The notes under the pieces: generated by a model
What the model saw: the letters and a program-made list of their open reading frames with translations, nothing else
Told to the model about the DNA's origin: nothing
Database searches by the model: none
Assembly (NCBI GenBank): GCA_951406725.2
Contig: OX597828.1
Location: forward strand, 47,926,001 to 47,990,000
Source: Octopus vulgaris
Lineage: Eukaryota
Direction: 5' to 3'
Length of the DNA stretch: 64,000 nucleotides
In this document: positions 62,171-64,000 of the stretch, one piece after another
Layout of the letters: every line of letters starts with the position of its first letter
How positions within the stretch are numbered: the stretch's first letter is position 1
Made by a program: the position numbers and the translations under genes

Positions 62171-64000
62171 GCTATAAATATAGTTACAAAGAAATGAAAT
62201 GAAGAGAGAGAAAGAAGGAGCGAGAAAGAAGGAGAGAGACAGACAGACAGAGGTAGGGAGTGACTTAACACTGGTGATTAAATATAGAAAGGTGTGGCAA
62301 GATGAGGGAACACACAGGTGTGGCCACAGGCCACTGTTTGGATGAGAAATTTGCTTCCCAACCATGTGGGCTCGGGTTCAGACCCACTGCACAGCACATT
62401 GGGCAAGTTTCTTCTTTTATAGTGCTGAGCTGATTCGAGTCTTGTGAGTGGATTTGATAGTTAGAAGCTAAAAGAAGCCTATTGCGAGTGTTTGTGGATA
62501 TGTGCACATTCTTGATATCATGTAAATGAGCATCACTGTCATACAAGTGAGGTTGTTCATTTGCAATCCACCATGAAAAACATGTCTAGTCATGGAGAAA
62601 GATTACCTTGTTTGGAAACAGGTGATGGTTGGTGACAAGAAGGGCATCAAGCCATAGAAAATTTCCCTTTACAAATTCTGTCTGACCCATGCAAGCATGG
62701 AAAAGTGGAGATTAAATCATGATAATGAAACATTATACATAAAGTTTATCTCCACAGATTTTCTAAAGAGCTCAGAGGCAACACTGAAAGTTACGTTTCA
62801 TATATGAATACGTCTATGTAAATGATGTGATGACAGATAGAAAAAGTAGCTACAGGTCGTACGGCCGCTTTATTTAATGACACGGCTCTGGCACATTTTC
62901 GTAACATTTTGAAATGGCAGGAAAAAGCAGACTTCTCTTGATATATTTCTAATTAAACGACCTGCAAGTGTAAAAAGTGACGAAAGTGTATCCAAAAAAG
63001 CCTAAATTAAGCAAAGTGAGAGAGAAAACGCCGGAAATTGTTCTTCTTTAACCCTTTCATTACTGTATTTATTTTGAGATGCTCTGCGTTTCTTTTAATT
63101 ATTTTAAATATAACAAAGAATTTAGTAATATAACTTAGTTATCATTAAGCTAGTGTTAGGAAAGTAAATTGTGACTAAGGTTTGGTGGAAGATTTTAATT
63201 CAAAACTCATGAAAACAAGACATTTGTACTACAGAGCCGGTTTTGGCCGGGTTAGCAACAAAAGGGTTAATGGTAGGAGATTCTCCTTCCGAACAGTAAT
63301 CCACCTCCTCCCTGCTCTATCATCTTCCTTGCACAAATCATCCCACCTTTAAGGTAATTCAATTAATAAAACCAGTTTACATATTTCTTATGTATCGTCT
63401 TTTTTTTATAATTGTCATTTTACTTGTAACTACACCTTTTGGGTTTTAAAACCCACAAGAAATTATTTGGAGGGGCTGGAATGGATTAATATCTTAGTTA
63501 ATTTCAATGGGGAAAATTGATTTGCAAAATGCGTAGATCATAAAATGAGCTCGGTTATGGAATGAATTAAACACGTACTGCAAAGTATCACTGAAACATA
63601 ATGTCTGAGATCATTTAAGCAAAGACCACTTCTAGATAATAGACACAGACGCGATTGTGTGGTAAGAAGTTTGTTTCCCCACCACATAGTTCTGGGCTCA
63701 GTCCCACTGTGTGACATTCTGAGCAAGTGTCTTCTACAACAGTCCCAGGCCAACCAAACCCTTGTGAGTGGATTTGGTAGACAGAAACCGAAAGAAGCTT
63801 GCCATATATATATATAGGGAAAGTTTACGAAAAAAACAAAAGACAAAAACAGGTGGTGTACAAAACAAACAGCTGTATTAGTATAACGCTCAGGAATAGA
63901 AAAAGTCTTTTACGTTTTGAGCCTATGCTCTTCTACAGAAAGGAACACAGAAAAAACAAGGAGAGAAAAAATGTGTGTAGTAGCTAACAATCTATCATGG

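Noticed and set aside
63815-63960. Hammerhead ribozyme in a Penelope-like fragment
   Set aside because: The minus strand has gaagagcataggctcaaaac, but the CUGANGA/GAAA core is not intact.

Overview
Eukaryotic, AT-rich, repeat-dense DNA; the SINE families and microsatellite content look like an octopus (coleoid cephalopod) genome. The only intact protein-coding gene is a minus-strand MAP2K1/2 (MEK1/2) orthologue. I reconstructed its coding exons 2-11 by hand (61421 down to the stop at 11056). All junctions are GT-AG, and exon sizes and phases follow vertebrate MAP2K1 as I recall it; exon 1 appears to lie outside the window. The most notable feature is the 27-kb interval between exons 7 and 9. 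It holds two intact paralogous copies of exon 8 (8a 44884-44969, 8b 42922-43016) that must be mutually exclusive by reading frame, and a strong micro-exon/recursive splice site just upstream of 8a. It also holds a third, diverged 65-nt exon-8 paralogue (39767-39831) whose last codon is TGA, folded into a duplex (possible poison exon or A-to-I-rescued exon), plus weaker candidates, splicing-factor motif clusters and long inverted repeats. The rest is transposon-derived: several tRNA-SINE families, LINE remnants, mariner/Tc1, piggyBac/hAT-type MITEs, a Helitron, (TA)n-embedded hairpins, mini/microsatellites and a captured histone H2B fragment. Almost all ORFs in the supplied track are spurious repeat translations. 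Repeat boundaries are approximate.
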